Notes under the pieces: generated by a model
What the model was told of the DNA's origin: nothing
The model's input: only the letters and a program-made list of their open reading frames with translations
The model's database searches: none
Shown here: positions 1 to 15,775 of the stretch, in pieces
Layout: each line of letters begins with the position of its first letter
Numbering within the stretch: position 1 is the first letter of the stretch
NCBI RefSeq assembly: GCF_009914755.1
Contig: NC_060925.1
Direction: 5' to 3' (one strand)
Length of the DNA stretch: 64,000 nucleotides
Origin: the human T2T-CHM13v2.0 reference genome, Homo sapiens
Translations under genes and position numbers: made by a program

Positions 1-299
1 ATTAATTATGATCCCTCTGACCAACACATTTTTATACTGGTGGAAAAGCACCAGGTAGAACACTCTGTCTCCCCTCTAGATGCCTTTCAGAGTCACTTCC
101 CAGAAAGCCACAAGATTCTTTCTCCAGGAGTGCTTCCCAACTCCCACTAAGGAGGCCCCAACAGCCACTAAGCACACACACAGTGCTGCTACTCAGTCCA
201 GTCTGTGATTTCTTGGTAACTGGTTCTGTTTCATCCGGCCCCACCCGAGGAACGTGATGGGCCGGGAACAAGGCGGTGTGGCAGAGAGGAAGGGTCTTC

Positions 300-465
300 C
301 CTTAAGTTGCCAGGCTTCATATGATCCCACTTCTGCTACCAACAAGGGATGCTTCTGGGAATGCAGCTTAACCTCTATGCCTTAGTTTTCCTCATCTGTC
401 AAATGAGTAGGTGAAACAAAATGACCTTTAAGGTTCTTTTCTGTTCCAAGTTCCACAATGATATA
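300..465 (+). mobile_element. MIR-family SINE fragment
   Basis: Core cttaacctctatgccttagttttcctcatctgtcaaatgag plus MIR3-like tail atgacctttaaggttctttt. Confidence 0.7.
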
Positions 466-621
466 AGTTTAAAAAAAAAAAGAGAGATATGTGTTCACAT
501 ATGCCAGGAAGAGAGCATGGAAGAGCCCAGGCTCTGTTTTCATCTTAAAGCACTTGGGCTCCAAAAGGAGGGCATCTGCAGAGGGCTGGACCTGGTGTCA
601 GGCTCCTGCCCTCTACTCTTT

Positions 622-828
622 ATGGCAAACCATGGCTGTGGGCCAGATCTGTCCCATCTCTTGTTTTTATCAATAAAATTGGAACACAGCCATGCCCCCT
701 CATTTACCTATTGTCTATGGCTGCTTTTGTGCTACAACAGCAGTGTTGAATAGCTGAGAATATATGACCCACAAAACCCAAAATATCGATTCTCTGTCCC
801 TTTACAAAATAAGTTTGTTAAACTCTGC
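622..828 (+). mobile_element. MER58A hAT-Charlie DNA transposon
   Basis: ggcaaac...ttggaacacagccatgcc...tattgtctatggctgcttt...ccctttacaaaataagtttg follows the MER58A consensus. Confidence 0.85.
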
Positions 829-2720
829 CAGGGCATGTTGGTGGGGTAAAAAGAGGGGGGAAAGCACTCTCCAGTTGAGGTGAAACTTGGGGAGATCCTG
901 GGCAGAGCTGACTTTCTATTCTCCACTGTCCTGCAACTCAGGGTGTAGCAGGAATCACTAGTACTTTTCCAGGAGACATGGATAATGACCCTGAGCCCTA
1001 GGGACCCTGCCCAGTGACCTAGCAGCCTGGAGACAGGCTGTCCCCAAACCACCTGGCATACATACACACCATGGGGTGGAGTAGGACAGAGAGGTATTTT
1101 CTTTTCATCCTGAGTGTGTGATAATATGGATCCTAATCCAACTCATGTAAAGAGCATCCAACCTGACCAGGCTGTTCTCGTCCCCGCTGGGGTTCCATGG
1201 CTAATCTGCTCCAGAAAAGCTCCCCCAAACCCTGCAGGACCCTGAGCTGCAGCCAAGGTAGGAGAGAGCCTCAGGTCCATTCGCAGTGCTCAGAAGCAGA
1301 GTCATTCCCTGGGAAGAGTAGGAAAAGTTGGTCACTGACAAACAAAGCAGAATGGAGGCCCTGTGAGCTTCACTTAGTTCTCTGATGTATGACCAGAGCA
1401 GAGGTGCTGCTAGGGAACTAGGGAGCAGGAAGCGGCTAGAAACAGGAAAATTAAGTAGAATCGAAATTGGTGAAATAAAACACATCGCCATTTAACCTCC
1501 ACTCTTCGTGCTCCCCATAGCTTCCCAAGTTTCTCCAGGATTGTGCTGCTTCGGCCTTGGATTTCTGGGGATGCTTTTGTTGCTCCCCTTTATTCTACCG
1601 CTCTGGAGCTGGCAGGCCCCCTCTGTCTGGCATCTGTCCTGGCAGACAACACTGCACTATAGCCCTTTGATCTCCACCCCACAGTGTCCAGCATCCACCT
1701 GCAGGGTTGTGGAGGGTTTTCATTGCCTTCTCTTCCTCAACATGAAGCCTGAACTGGGTTCTGAGGGTGGTGGTGGGGGAACAAAATCTCTCGATTAGTT
1801 TTTACACAGAGGCTGCCGGAGGCCATATGCCATGTTCTCCAGCTCTGCCATTATGCATCTTGCTTGTAATTGCTTTAGAATGACACTCATCATGTTCTAT
1901 TTTATCACCCAATGACAGATCCATATAGGAGAAGGGAAACACACTCTCGCACACACACTCACAGAGTCAGCCAGACTGCATAACAGTTAGGCAGAGTAAT
2001 TGTTCTGAAATTCCAAGAGCTGGACTGTGTCCACTTGCTTAAATAGAGAATGTGTTGCATGCACAGTTACTGCTTCTGTGTATCAAAGGGATTCGGTCGG
2101 TGGTGGACAGCCTGGCCCATGCTTCCAGAAGTGCTTTCCCATGTTCACTCGCTCCCTCTAACCCCCCATAAACCCTCAGCTTTCTTTGCTATAGTTACTC
2201 AAGGATGGTTTATTTTCAGGATGGAGAGACAACTATAAACACAGAAGTAAACAGAGGCTATTCCCCAGTATTTAAACATTCCACCTCAAGCACTCTGAGG
2301 CAAACAGTCCTCCCTTCCCACCCCTCTGGGTCTTCTGTTACTTCCCTTGCCCCAGGAAGCTCGCCCCATCCACCACTTCCTACCCTCATCAGGGAGGGTC
2401 TCTCTCCTTCCTAAAGGTCACCAGGGTTGGAAGCTTCCAGGGGCTCCTGTGAACTAAACTGTAGACGCTTTAACTTGGCTCTTGGAGTCTTCCTAGGGCC
2501 AGCGAGGGCAGTAAGGTCTATATTCTCTTCCTGCCCCCTGCTGGGGATGGCAGTAAACCCAAGACACCAGTAGCTGTGGGCAATGACCAGAAGCAACTTC
2601 TGTGTCCCTGCTAGGTGCTCTGTGACACACTGTAGGTACATGGTAGAACTCTAGTAGTGAGCCTCTTCCTCAGAGGCTGGAGGTGCAAAAAATAGTTCAC
2701 AGTGAAATGGTCTCACAGCC

Positions 2721-3098
2721 TGATATGGTTTGGCCGTGTCCCCACCCAAATCTCATCTTGAATTGTAGTTCCCGTAATCCCCATATGTTGTGAGAGCGAC
2801 CTGGTGGAAGGTAATTGAATCATGGGGGTGGTCTCCCCCATGCTATTCTCATGATAGTGAGTAAGTTCTCACTAGATATGATGGTTTTACAAGGGGCTTC
2901 CCCCTTTGCTCAGCACTCACTCTTCTCTCTCCTGCCGCCATGTGGAAAAAAAGAAAAAAAAAAAAGCGTTTGCTTCCCCTTCCACCATGATTGTAAGTTT
3001 CCTGAGGCCTCCCCAGCCATTCAGAACTGTGAGTCAATTAAACCTCTTTTCTTGTCTTGAGTGTGTCTTTATTAGCAGCATGAGAACGGACTAATACA
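2721..3098 (+). mobile_element. THE1 (THE1C/D-like) MaLR solo LTR
   Basis: TGATATGGTTTGGC...GGACTAATACA termini; perfect 5-bp TSD CAGCC at 2716-2720 and 3099-3103. Confidence 0.93.
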
Positions 3099-5009
3099 CA
3101 GCCCTTTCCCACCTTGGACCAAAGCCCTCCATACCCAATGTTGGGATCTGTCTCCTCTACCCAAGCTGACTTCACAGCAGACCCCATGTAAATGCTTCAG
3201 GGCCTGACCAGCTATCTAGGGCTTGGAATCTGGGCCCCCAGTAAATATCAAAAAGCCAAAGATCCTTTCTTCTGAAGGATGCTGATCCTCAGCTGCTTGA
3301 TAAAGCCGTATTTAGCACATTCCTCCAAACAGAGAAACAGGGTACACCAAGGGGTGGGGAACTATATGAGCTAAAGACCAGCCAGGGCTGGTACCCCTTC
3401 CTCCCTTCCCCACAGCAGTGGTCAGGCACGGACAGTTCCCAAGAGTGCAAGAGGACCTCTCCAGCTCCCTCCCCTAGCCCAGAAAGTGGCCAGGTACAAA
3501 AAAACTGGAAGATACTGGGGAAAACTTGGGCCAGAGGTGGGGTAGGGGGAGAAATCCCATGTTAACCATACAGGCTGAGACAGGGAGGGAGGCTTGACTG
3601 AAGTGTAAACAGTGTAAACCCTCAGCTGGGGTTGGGGGAACACTTTCTCTCCAACCCCTTCTCTATTAGGATGGGAATGAGCTTAAGTCCTCAGGGATGA
3701 GGGGAGAGAACAGAACAAGCTGTTTCCAGAGTGCTTCCCACCAGCCCTCATGGTTTTAATTCTTCATCAGGAGACCGAGGGAGGCCTGGGGCCATGGCAG
3801 TTGGGGAGGTGAGTGAGTGACTGGGGAACCCCATCCAAATGCCAGCTTTCCACTCTAGGGAAGACCTCTCTTGGTGGTGCCTTGCCATGTCCCTGCCAGA
3901 GCCATGAGGAGAGGGCCTAGATAGGGGTAGCCTCGACTCTGTGCTCTTGTCCCGGAGAAGAGAGGTACAGCACAGGGGTGAAGCTCTCTCTGTCCAGGGA
4001 CCCGGGCTACAGCCCAGCCTAGTTTGCTCCTCCCTGGCTTAGCAGCCAGGGGCTGGCGGCCAGGATTCTGGCTGGCCACAGAGGGGCCTGTCCACCTGCA
4101 CTCATCACATATGCAGTGTGTGTCCTCAGCTGTTCCTCAGAAAGCAAATATAGGCGCCAGCGAGGCCATTGTGCTCTGAGCAGCTCTGTCACCCCATCAG
4201 ACCCGGCTGGCACAATGTTTCCTGGTCTTTGTTGAATATGTCCAATTTCCTGACCAACTCATCCCTGATAAATAATTGTTTCCTCGTTCCCTCCAGGCAG
4301 TTCCAAGCTAGGGAAGGGTGGAGGCTGGTGTGATGGGGACGGTCCATTCTTTTGTCTCTTTGGCATCTGAAAGCCAGGGTTGACCTCTGCTTAGTGCAGG
4401 GGAGCACAGGCTCCTCTGCCAAGCCCCATATCCTACTTGGCAGCTGCCAGCTTTTGCCAAGCTCCTTCCCTCCTTGCCTCCCTTCCCATCTACTGTCTGA
4501 ATACCTCCTCTTCCCTTTCCCTGTGCCGAAGGTGTGCATCGTGGGATGGGAGCAGGATGGGGATCCAGTAGGACACTGACCTAGGGAACTGGGTATTTTA
4601 AGGGAGGCCAGAGGGGGGGCATTTGAAGGTTTCATGGCATGAAGGGAAGAGCATCCACCAGGAAATAGAGTGATCTGGGTTCCAGTGATGTGACCACAGT
4701 TGCTGCCTGGCTAATACTGGGGCTATCGCCTCAGCTTTCTCATGTCTGAGACAAGGGGGCTCAACTACATCCCTCGACCCCAAGTGAGTGATGCCCACAG
4801 AGCCAAGCCTTCAGGCGGCTACAGTCCCACTTCTGTTCTCCCTGCAGCTTCTGCCCTGAGTTTCTCTGGCCCGAGTTGCTGGCACGCCATCTGGTATTCC
4901 TGGGTGAGCCAAGAGTTATTTACCAGTAACAGCTCTGTTCATCTGGCCATTGCCACCCAAGCATGAGGGCAGGAGAGCTCATCCAAGCCCCAATGATGGC
5001 TAAGACTGG

Positions 5010-5212
5010 GCACGCACATGTGCCAGGCCCTGGTCTAGGCACATTATAAACGTCATTATTTTTAATCATCACAGCAATCCTCATTTGCCAGAAAAAGAAA
5101 GTGAGGTTCACAGGTGGGTTTCTGTTTGATCACATTGTAAGAAAGTGGCAGAGCTGCAGATGGAACCCAGGTCTGCCTGCCTTTGGAACACATGCTCTTA
5201 TTAACCCACACT
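5010..5212 (-). mobile_element. MIR
   Basis: tgtgccaggc...tttaatcatcacagcaatcc...gtggcagagctg...gaacccaggtctg. Confidence 0.7.
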
Positions 5213-5620
5213 CTCCAGGAGGGGTCTTCTTTGAGAGGGTCTGACCTGCCCGGGCAGCACAGGGCGCTGCTGAGACTGCAGTCATGATCTTAGGAATGAA
5301 CACGTCTGTGGCTTCTTCCCCTTTGGCCCGGGGGAGCTGCAGAAGGCCTAGGGATAGGAGGAAGTTAGTGCACCAGAGAAGAAAATCCATTCTCTGTCCA
5401 TTCACTACCTTCCCCAACCCCAACCAAAACAGTGACATCATGCCATTACATCCCACTCTTAGGGACTTAGAGCCCCTGCCTTTGCATGGGCTTCACTACC
5501 TCAGTAGAAACAACTTGGACTTTTGATCAGGCGAAAGCCTATGTGGATGCCCTGCCTGTCCAGACCTTCTTTGTATTTCCCACTATGAAATTCAGTCCAC
5601 ATGGTTCATGGTTAGGACCC

Positions 5621-6177
5621 TGAGGCTGGTTGTGAAAATGGCCACCAACTCTTTTCATCCCTTTGTATTTATACCACTGCGCAATGTGATGTTGCTGCTT
5701 CTCCTCTTATTGAAAGGTAGAATCTGTTTATCTACTCTTTTAATCTGGGTTTGGCCATGCAACTTCCTTTGGCCATTGGGACATTAACAACTGTGACACA
5801 AGCAGAGTCTTCAACAGAGCTTGTGTATGAGGGCTTGGCTTGTCGTGCAGCTCTTGGGAACCCTGTGACCACCACCATTTGAAGGATCTGGGATAGCCCA
5901 CTGGATGATGTGAGACAACAGCCATGTCACCTCTCTTTGTTGCCCCAGGAGATCTTGAGCAGGCCACCAGATATGTGATTGAGGCCATCCTAGACCACCC
6001 ATCCCCAGCTGGGTCTCCAATGACCAGGGATATCAGCTAAGCCAGACCAGACCAAGAGAACTGCCCAGACAACTCAACCCCCCACCATACAGAATCATGA
6101 GATGTAATAAATGTTTATGATTTAAGCCACTAGATTTTCAGGGGTAGATTGTTATACAGTAAAAGCTAACTGATTCA
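5621..6177 (+). mobile_element. MLT1G-like MaLR solo LTR
   Basis: aaaatggccacc...gggacattaacaactgtgacacaagcagag...aataaatgtttatgatttaagccactagatttt...gctaactgattca. Confidence 0.8.
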
Positions 6178-6254
6178 GAGTCCCACAAAGGAATTGAAGA
6201 AGGAGCTAGAAAATAGGTCCTAAGGAGAATATTGTGAACCTGAGAGAGTCAGCT

Positions 6255-6495
6255 GAAGGCAGTGGTTAAGGGGATCCTAGAGCCAGAATGCCTCAGGGTG
6301 AAACCCTTCTCTGTCATTCAGTACTTACGTGACCCTTGACAAGTTACTTAATCTCTCTGTTCCTCAGTTTTCTCACCTGTAAAGTGGGGATGATAGTAAT
6401 GCCTACTTGATAAGGGTTGCTGTGAAATGGAATTAAACACAGAGCACTGAGAACATGACCTGGTCCACCGTATGAGGATTTTCCTGTCATTATTA
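6255..6495 (+). mobile_element. MIR
   Basis: gtggttaag...caagttacttaatctctctgttcctcagttttctcacctgtaaagtgggg. Confidence 0.85.
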
Positions 6496-8343
6496 CCCTA
6501 ACAGACAGTCCTGCCAAGGTCCCAATTGTCAAAGAGTTTTTACATGGAGGAAGGGGGCTGACTAGCAGATCTCTAGTTCCAGTGAGGGCTGATGTGAGGA
6601 AGTGAACTGAGCCTACCGTCATGAGGGACAAAGTCAGACCTCAGGAGAGACTTCCTGACAGCAAGCATTGCTAGACACAAAGAAGGTAATAGTGGACCTT
6701 ATGGCTACATGGCCTTCTGGGGACAGAAACGCCTAGGCAGGCTGCACTGCCTCTCCATCACCACACCAGCATGCACACAAGGACTTCTTTTTTGAAGGGC
6801 TTCCTGCCTAAGCAAAACCTCAGCTTCTCTCAGAATCATCTTACGGCCTTCCTTGAGGCACCATCTCAGGATTCAGAGGGAATTAGTCCTCCCCAAGAAA
6901 GAAGAAGAGAAGTCATCCTTTATCCCAATCCTTAATCCTACCTACTAGTCAGGGTCTCTGAATTGCTTTCTGATTGTAACTCTATTGTGATTCGGCAGAA
7001 GGAGGGAAACAGGCACTTACATGCCATTATGGCTGCCCAGGCTCCCAGCCAGGGCCAGGCAGGGAGGGGAAAGGGGCCAACAGTCTTCCTGGGCCACAAT
7101 ACTGGGCTCTGGGACTTGACTGTCTGCCCTGGCTTGACACACTGCTCTGGTCAAAGCAGATTTTTCACTGAGGATGGCCCAGCTGGGACGCTGAGAGCAG
7201 TAGGTGGGGAGGGGTGACTCCTGGGCAGGCTGAAGCCCGGGATGCTAAAGTACAGCCTCCCAACCTGCGGGCTGCAGTACACAGGTGGGTGAGAAGGAGT
7301 TACAGGCATGCAGACTGATAGAGATTCCCTCCCTCCCCCGGCCCCCACAGCTCCTGAGGCAGCTGGTGGGGTGGGGGCAGCAGAGCCCTGGTCAGTAACC
7401 TCCTGCCTCAAGCAGCCTAGCCAGCCCCAGAGGAACAAGGTCAAAAGCACAGCCAGGTGACCACAATGGGAAGCACAGCTCTAAGGGAAAACACCAGCAC
7501 ACTTGGAGCAGGAAAGGCAGCACTAACTCAGAGGGGCTCCTCTTGCAGCAGAATCAAAGTTTATATTTTTGAAATTCTAGGTGTTACTAGGAGGTAGACA
7601 CAAGAATAGAATGGAGAACAGAACTATTTCCTTTGCAAAGTTGGGAAAAGGAGGGGGTATTGTCCTACCCACCAGGGAGGGACTAAGCAATGACGAGAGA
7701 GGGATCCTGTGAGCTGGGGCACTGAGGGCTGCTTCCCTCACCTTTCTCCCCATTTCCCGATGTGTGCAATCTTTAACTCTGCCAATGAGCCTGTCATCCA
7801 GTTCATCTGGTTCATTTTCTGTGCATAGTGACCACACCTGGCAAGCTGTTCATCACCCTAAAGGGCCTGAACACATGGTCAGCAGGCCAGGAATGTTTGT
7901 TGAGCGGATAAAGGAAATGGGCAACAGCAGATTCGAAACAGCATCTGCAGTCAAAAGCTTTGCTGCACCCCCCCAAACTGCCCCCAAACACTCATTTTTT
8001 TTGTAAACAGGACTGCAAGTCCAAGGACTGTTGAATCTCTCTGGCTCAGGAAAGATCCCCCAGCAATTCTCTCTGGATTCTCCAGGCACAGAGTTGCTTT
8101 CTGAGTAAAAGGGGTGTGGAGGTTGGGTCAGAGGCTCATCTAAGGACCAGAAGATCCAGCTCTGGATCAGAATGCTGCCTCTGGTGTGAGAGAAGGGTCA
8201 CCTCTGAAGAGGTAATCTTCCAAGAATGGAGGGACTCTAGATGGCAGGAAGAGGGCAGGATCCTAAAGTTCCCTAAGTCAACAATGGCCCAGGTTACCCT
8301 GAGAACTCCCTCCTCCCTCCCCGACCCCTTATGGCCAGCAAAA

Positions 8344-8344
<1 letters not shown>

Positions 8345-8408
<64 letters not shown>
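8345..8408 (+). repeat. (CA)32 microsatellite
   Basis: Perfect uninterrupted dinucleotide run of 64 bp. Confidence 0.97.
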
Positions 8409-8411
<3 letters not shown>

Positions 8412-9684
8412 CAGGAGCATGGTGTCAGGTTCTGAGTCTCTCCTCCAACTTCCACTTTTTGCCCAGAGTACTTGCCCTTTCCAGCTCTCCAAACCAGCTT
8501 TCTCATGTGATTTACACCCTCCTATAAGTTCTAGCTCTTCTGTGATTTCTCTAAGTGGAACAGATTGATGATCCCCTTGCAGCCCCTATCTGGATAGGAA
8601 ATGTCCCCAAATTACATATGCCATTCCAAATTTGGGCACACCCTCCCTCATATCATTTCATGAAATATACAAACCTTGCACTTGACTCCTGCTTGTTTTG
8701 AAGTTTTATCCTTCAGTATGTTTGATCCACACATGTGCAGGCGCCTCTCCCTGTCTGAAGTGAGCCAGCATGACCATGACAAGGCAGCAATGGACCGGTA
8801 TATGTCCACTGAGCCCCTCTGTGTGCCAGGCACTCTGCTGGGAGCTGGGTTCCAGGACAATTGCCCCGGCTTTGGGGAGCAAGAGCTGCCAATGCAAGCA
8901 GGGCTTGTTTAGGAGGCTTTCAGATGGTGGTGACTGGGACCTCCCTACAAGACTCACTCACCTGGCTCACCCCACCAAGCTGGCCTTCCTTGGCACCACC
9001 CTGCTGCTGGCTCCCCAGTCCTTATCCCCTCTGCACACTGGAAGGAAAGTCAAGAAGATGCTCACATCCTGGAGACAGCCCACACGCTTACCCTCTCTCC
9101 AGCCCTCTGTGATCATTTAATGGTTGGTTTCATTCAAATAACTCAAGGTAATATAAGCCATGCTGCCCACACGGATGCTAACAGCAATATATAGATTCCC
9201 TTGCATTTTGCAGGGAACTCATGTAATAAAATACTGGGGGTGGAGAAGGAAAGGGCCATTTACAGACCAACAGGATAATAGGGGAAGAAAAACAAGTTGG
9301 TGATGGGAGTGGGAATGGAGGAAACCAGCCACTAGTGGAGGTATCAGTAGGGCTGGGGTGGTAGGAGACAGAAGAAGGGGTGAGAGCTCTGCTTACCCCC
9401 ATAACCCACCCATTCATGCTGCAAACGTCCTTGGCTGTTTATCCTAGAGGGCCTGGTGAGGTCCCTGAGTGGTGGCTCACTGGGGAAGCCTCCACCCACC
9501 GACGGACTTCACTCTTCCAGGGCTGGGCCTGGGTCACCCTAAGTCTGTGCCAGGACAGATGTATCACAGGTCCTCTTGACACAGAGTCCCCTAATGACTT
9601 CCCTGATCTGAGTTATACCTGCCTTCCAGAACTGTTTCATAACAGAACCTTCCAGGTTCTCAAAGCTCTTGTCTTTCTGAGGTA

Positions 9685-10215
<531 letters not shown>

Positions 10216-10699
10216 CTAAATCTAGGATGTGTGGGGCTTAAGTGTCCGTCTGAGCTCATCCTTTAAAAAGCCTCTTGGTCCCAGGGTTAATGTCTTATGC
10301 TTTTCCCTCTCCTGGCCCAACGAGAGGCATCCAGGGAGCTGAATTCACAGTTCCCTGCTCTCTCCAAGCACGGCACCTCAGCCCTGTGTGGGCGAGGCTG
10401 TTGACCTTGATCTGCGTCCTGCCAGCTCACCATCAAGTACCCTGTTCACGCACCCTGGAGGAGTCTGCAGGCAGGGCCTCCCAGGCCTCTCTGCAGACTT
10501 GCATTTCTGATGGCTGCTTTAGTCAAGGACTCTTTAACTTCTGCTTCTTTGGAGGAGAAGAAATGGGAATAGAAGGACCCCAGTGCGCTACCTTCTTAGG
10601 GGCTGGTTCTCCAGGGTAAGGATTATCCAGGCTACTGGGCTAATGACCAGTTTACTTTGGAAAAGTGAGAGATTTAAGCCTTGTGCAGCTGGCTAGTAG

Positions 10700-10845
10700 A
10701 TGAGAATTCATTCAATCCAACCCCCTCACCATTCAGAAGAGGATACTGAGGACTAGAGAGAGGAAGTGACCTGCCCTAGGTCACACAGCTTGCCAAAGCT
10801 GGCCCCACACCCACATCTCCTGACTCCCAATCCAGTGGTCTTGCC
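10700..10845 (-). mobile_element. MIR
   Basis: gaggatactgaggactagagagaggaagtgacctgccctaggtcacacagct. Confidence 0.75.
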
Positions 10846-12379
10846 AGGGTCCTACAGAGCCCCACTCTAGCCAAAGGATTCAGGCAACCTATGTGGGCCA
10901 GCTCAGGCATAAAGCACTTAACTCAGAGCAGGGACACAGCAGCCTCTGCTCCTCGGATGAGAAGCTGACCTTACATGGAAATATTCAGAAAGACACACAC
11001 AATGCGTGGGGGTGAGAAGGAGGGAGGTGGGCATAATGCTTCATAATCTCTCTGTAAGCCCTGCCCAAACTCTGAGCATGCCAGCTGGGCTGCAGAATTT
11101 TTTTATTAATCCACACAACACACTTTTGCTTGCTTGAGACAAGCTTCTGCTGCAGTGAGGAAAGGAGAGAAGGGGGATTTGGCTCAGAAGGCAGGGGCAC
11201 GAGTCCTCAGGTACAAAAATCTCAGGAACTCAAAGCAATTTTTGCAGGCAGAAGAGAAATGGGCCACAGAAGAAGGGAAAAAAGAAAAAAAAATCTAGGG
11301 TCACATAAGCTGTATTGATCTTCATCTATCTTGTGCAAAAATGGCATGAAAAAGAATGAGGCCAACAGCTACAACGTCAGAAGAGCCAGCAGAGGAGAAA
11401 GTGAGGATCACAACTTATGAAGAAAGATCCATACCTGGTGACTGGGGGTTCCTCAGGAAGGCTGTGAGGCAATGCCTGTCCTGTTACACCCAGGGGTGAC
11501 ATCTCCAGGAGGATCTTCCTCCCCTACCCCCGGCCCCATCTCTGTTATCTCCTGGAACCAGAAGTGTCTGCAGGTCAATGCCAGGACCTACTGCAGAGGG
11601 GCATATGGCAGACGGGGGAACCTGTGCTCTGTCATGGGCTTCTGACAGGCTCCCCCACCTGGTCCCCAGAAATGTGGGAACTGGCTTCCAGCTCTCTGCT
11701 GGCTGGGCTGTGATCTCTCTAGTGGACTAGGAGGGGATCGGCTGAAAGGCTGAGTGATACCCAAAGCCACTGTGGAGTGGGTAGGGACGTCACCAACTCC
11801 CAGTCCAGGACACTAGCAACAAGGCTCCCTGGAACCAGAATCTCTCAAAAGCAGGAGACGGCATGAGATTTTAAAAGTTATTATAAAAGATATTTACATA
11901 GTATGCATATTTACCCTCTCAGGCTTTTTTTTTTCTTTGGAGGGGCAAAAACACGAAGTTTATAATACATGAAAGTTTCCCATTTCCTTCTTTTTTGTTT
12001 TCCTTCCCTTTCGCCAGTATGTGCTTCCCCTGCTGGTGAACCACTGCCTGCCTGCCACGGGTGTCCATATCCCTGTTGGCCACACGAGCCTCCATGCCCA
12101 CCCTCGTGTGCCTACTGACCTTGTCTCCCTTGACTCTGACCTTCCCTTTGTCCATTCTTCGTCCATTCTGTGTCCACCCTTCACCCTCAGAACCTGTGCC
12201 AACAGAGCCCAAGAGTCTTTGGTCCTGGTGTGGTAGGACATTGGGGGCACATGTATTTTCCTCTCCTATGCTCAAGTCAGAGGTTGTGGAAGGAGATTTC
12301 TCCACCTTCCAGGGAAGGCATTTCAGGCTCCCAAATGCCTCCAGTGGCAATCCCAGTGGAAAATGATAGGCAAGAGCAG

Positions 12380-12590
12380 ACACTGGTCAGCTCACTGCCA
12401 GTCTGAATCCCAAATTCTCCACTGATCAGTGGTAAGCTCTGAGCAGGCTTCCTCAGCTACAAAACACAGATAATAGTAATACTGCTCTCATATGGTTATT
12501 GGGAGAGCAAAATACGTAAAAATAATTAATAACATTATAAAGACTCAATAGTATTAGCTGTTATTATTGCTGTCATTGTTGTTGTTAGGG
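12380..12590 (+). mobile_element. MIR (degraded)
   Basis: tctgaatcccaaattctccact...ataatagtaatactgctctcatatggttatt...attagctgttattatt. Confidence 0.55.
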
Positions 12591-12774
12591 ATAATGACAG
12601 TCATCTCACATGTCAGGGTGAACCTATTTCTACTCATTCAATCTTCAGTGGAGTGGCAAACAGCTGTTTCTCCACCTTCTGGCTAACAACCCTAAAGAGA
12701 CTCAAACACAGCTATTAAATCGTCATCTCTGTTGTGGGGCAGCCTCTCTCCATCTCAAAACCAACTGCGGATGA

Positions 12775-13194
<420 letters not shown>

Positions 13195-13289
13195 TCCTTC
13201 TCATTTTAAACATTCATTTGTTGATCATGTGTTGCTCTTACTAAAAGGTCTACTTCAGATAATTTGCCTGTTCTGTTCACAGATACGTC

Positions 13290-13560
13290 TTTGGCCTCCA
13301 GCATGATGCCTGTTGCATGGCAGACCCACAACATTTGTTGAATAAACAATCAAATGAATTAATGTATTTAATTTTTCCACCAAAATGATCTTTTAAGGGC
13401 CAGCTGAAATGCCACCTCCTCCAAGAAGCCTTCCCTGATCCTTGCCTCCTCCATCTTCTCCTCACACTTTCCTGTCCTTGACTCACGCCTCTGACATTGT
13501 TGAGCCCAGAAATGTATAGCCCTGTGAACACAGGCATTTCTCTTACTGGACTAAAGCTCC
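13290..13560 (+). mobile_element. L2 fragments
   Basis: acatttgttgaataaacaatcaaatgaa (L2 tail); gctgaaatgccacctcctccaagaagccttccctga. Confidence 0.6.
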
Positions 13561-14439
13561 TAATGAAGCCAGTGGACTCTAATGAAGTCAAAGGACCTCA
13601 GTCTAAACCCAGTAATGCTACTACCATGTGGGAGCTTGGGCACAATGTTTTAATCTTCTCATAATCTTCTCATATGTAGAATGGGAACCTAACATCCACC
13701 TCAAGGGATTTAGTCCCCACCTCTTTCTCTCTTTGCAGCCCCTCATATCAACTAGGACTGGGTCATCTTCATAGTGTCAGCTCCATGCATGTTTGCTGAA
13801 TTAGTGAACCATCACTTCCCCTAGTTTCTTACCAAGGGCCCAAGACAGATGTCTCCTAGAGGGGGCAGGTCACAGGATGCTCCCAGTGATACCAGCGGGT
13901 GCATCTGACATTTTTCTCCAAGGGAAAGGAAGGAGTAAATGAGAGAAGTGGTGTCTTAAGTGTCTGGAAGTTCTGCCAAGAGCTTGGCACTGCAAGAACC
14001 AGGACAGTGTCACCCACGAAGGTAGTACCACTCTGAAGTAGCATCACCCTTGGACAAGGAGAAATGGTCCTTGGTCTGTGGCCATTTAGACCCCATGTGC
14101 CATCCACATGCCAATGTAAGGGTCCCTTTATTATTATTATTATTTTAGCAAAGCTCATAAATTCTGCTTTCTTGGGTGGGTACTGTTTGTTTAATAATCA
14201 TTGCAGGAGGCAAAAAAAAAAAAAAAACACCACAAAACAAACAAACAAACAAAAACCCTTGTTTTACTCAGAAACCCAGTGTGACCTTTTGGCTTCAGCA
14301 GAAACACAGTATAAAAGGGAATTTCCACAGGTGAAGATGAGAGACTGAATCCAAGCTTCAGCAAAGCTGTTCATAGACAGCACCAAAGTTCCTACTGGGG
14401 GCAGGTGCCAGAGAAGTAGGGCACAAGGCAGGAAATGCT

Positions 14440-15775
<1,336 letters not shown>

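Noticed and set aside
3421-3440. REST-like TCAGGCACGGACAGTTCC
   Set aside because: Wrong half-site spacing and a degenerate left half.
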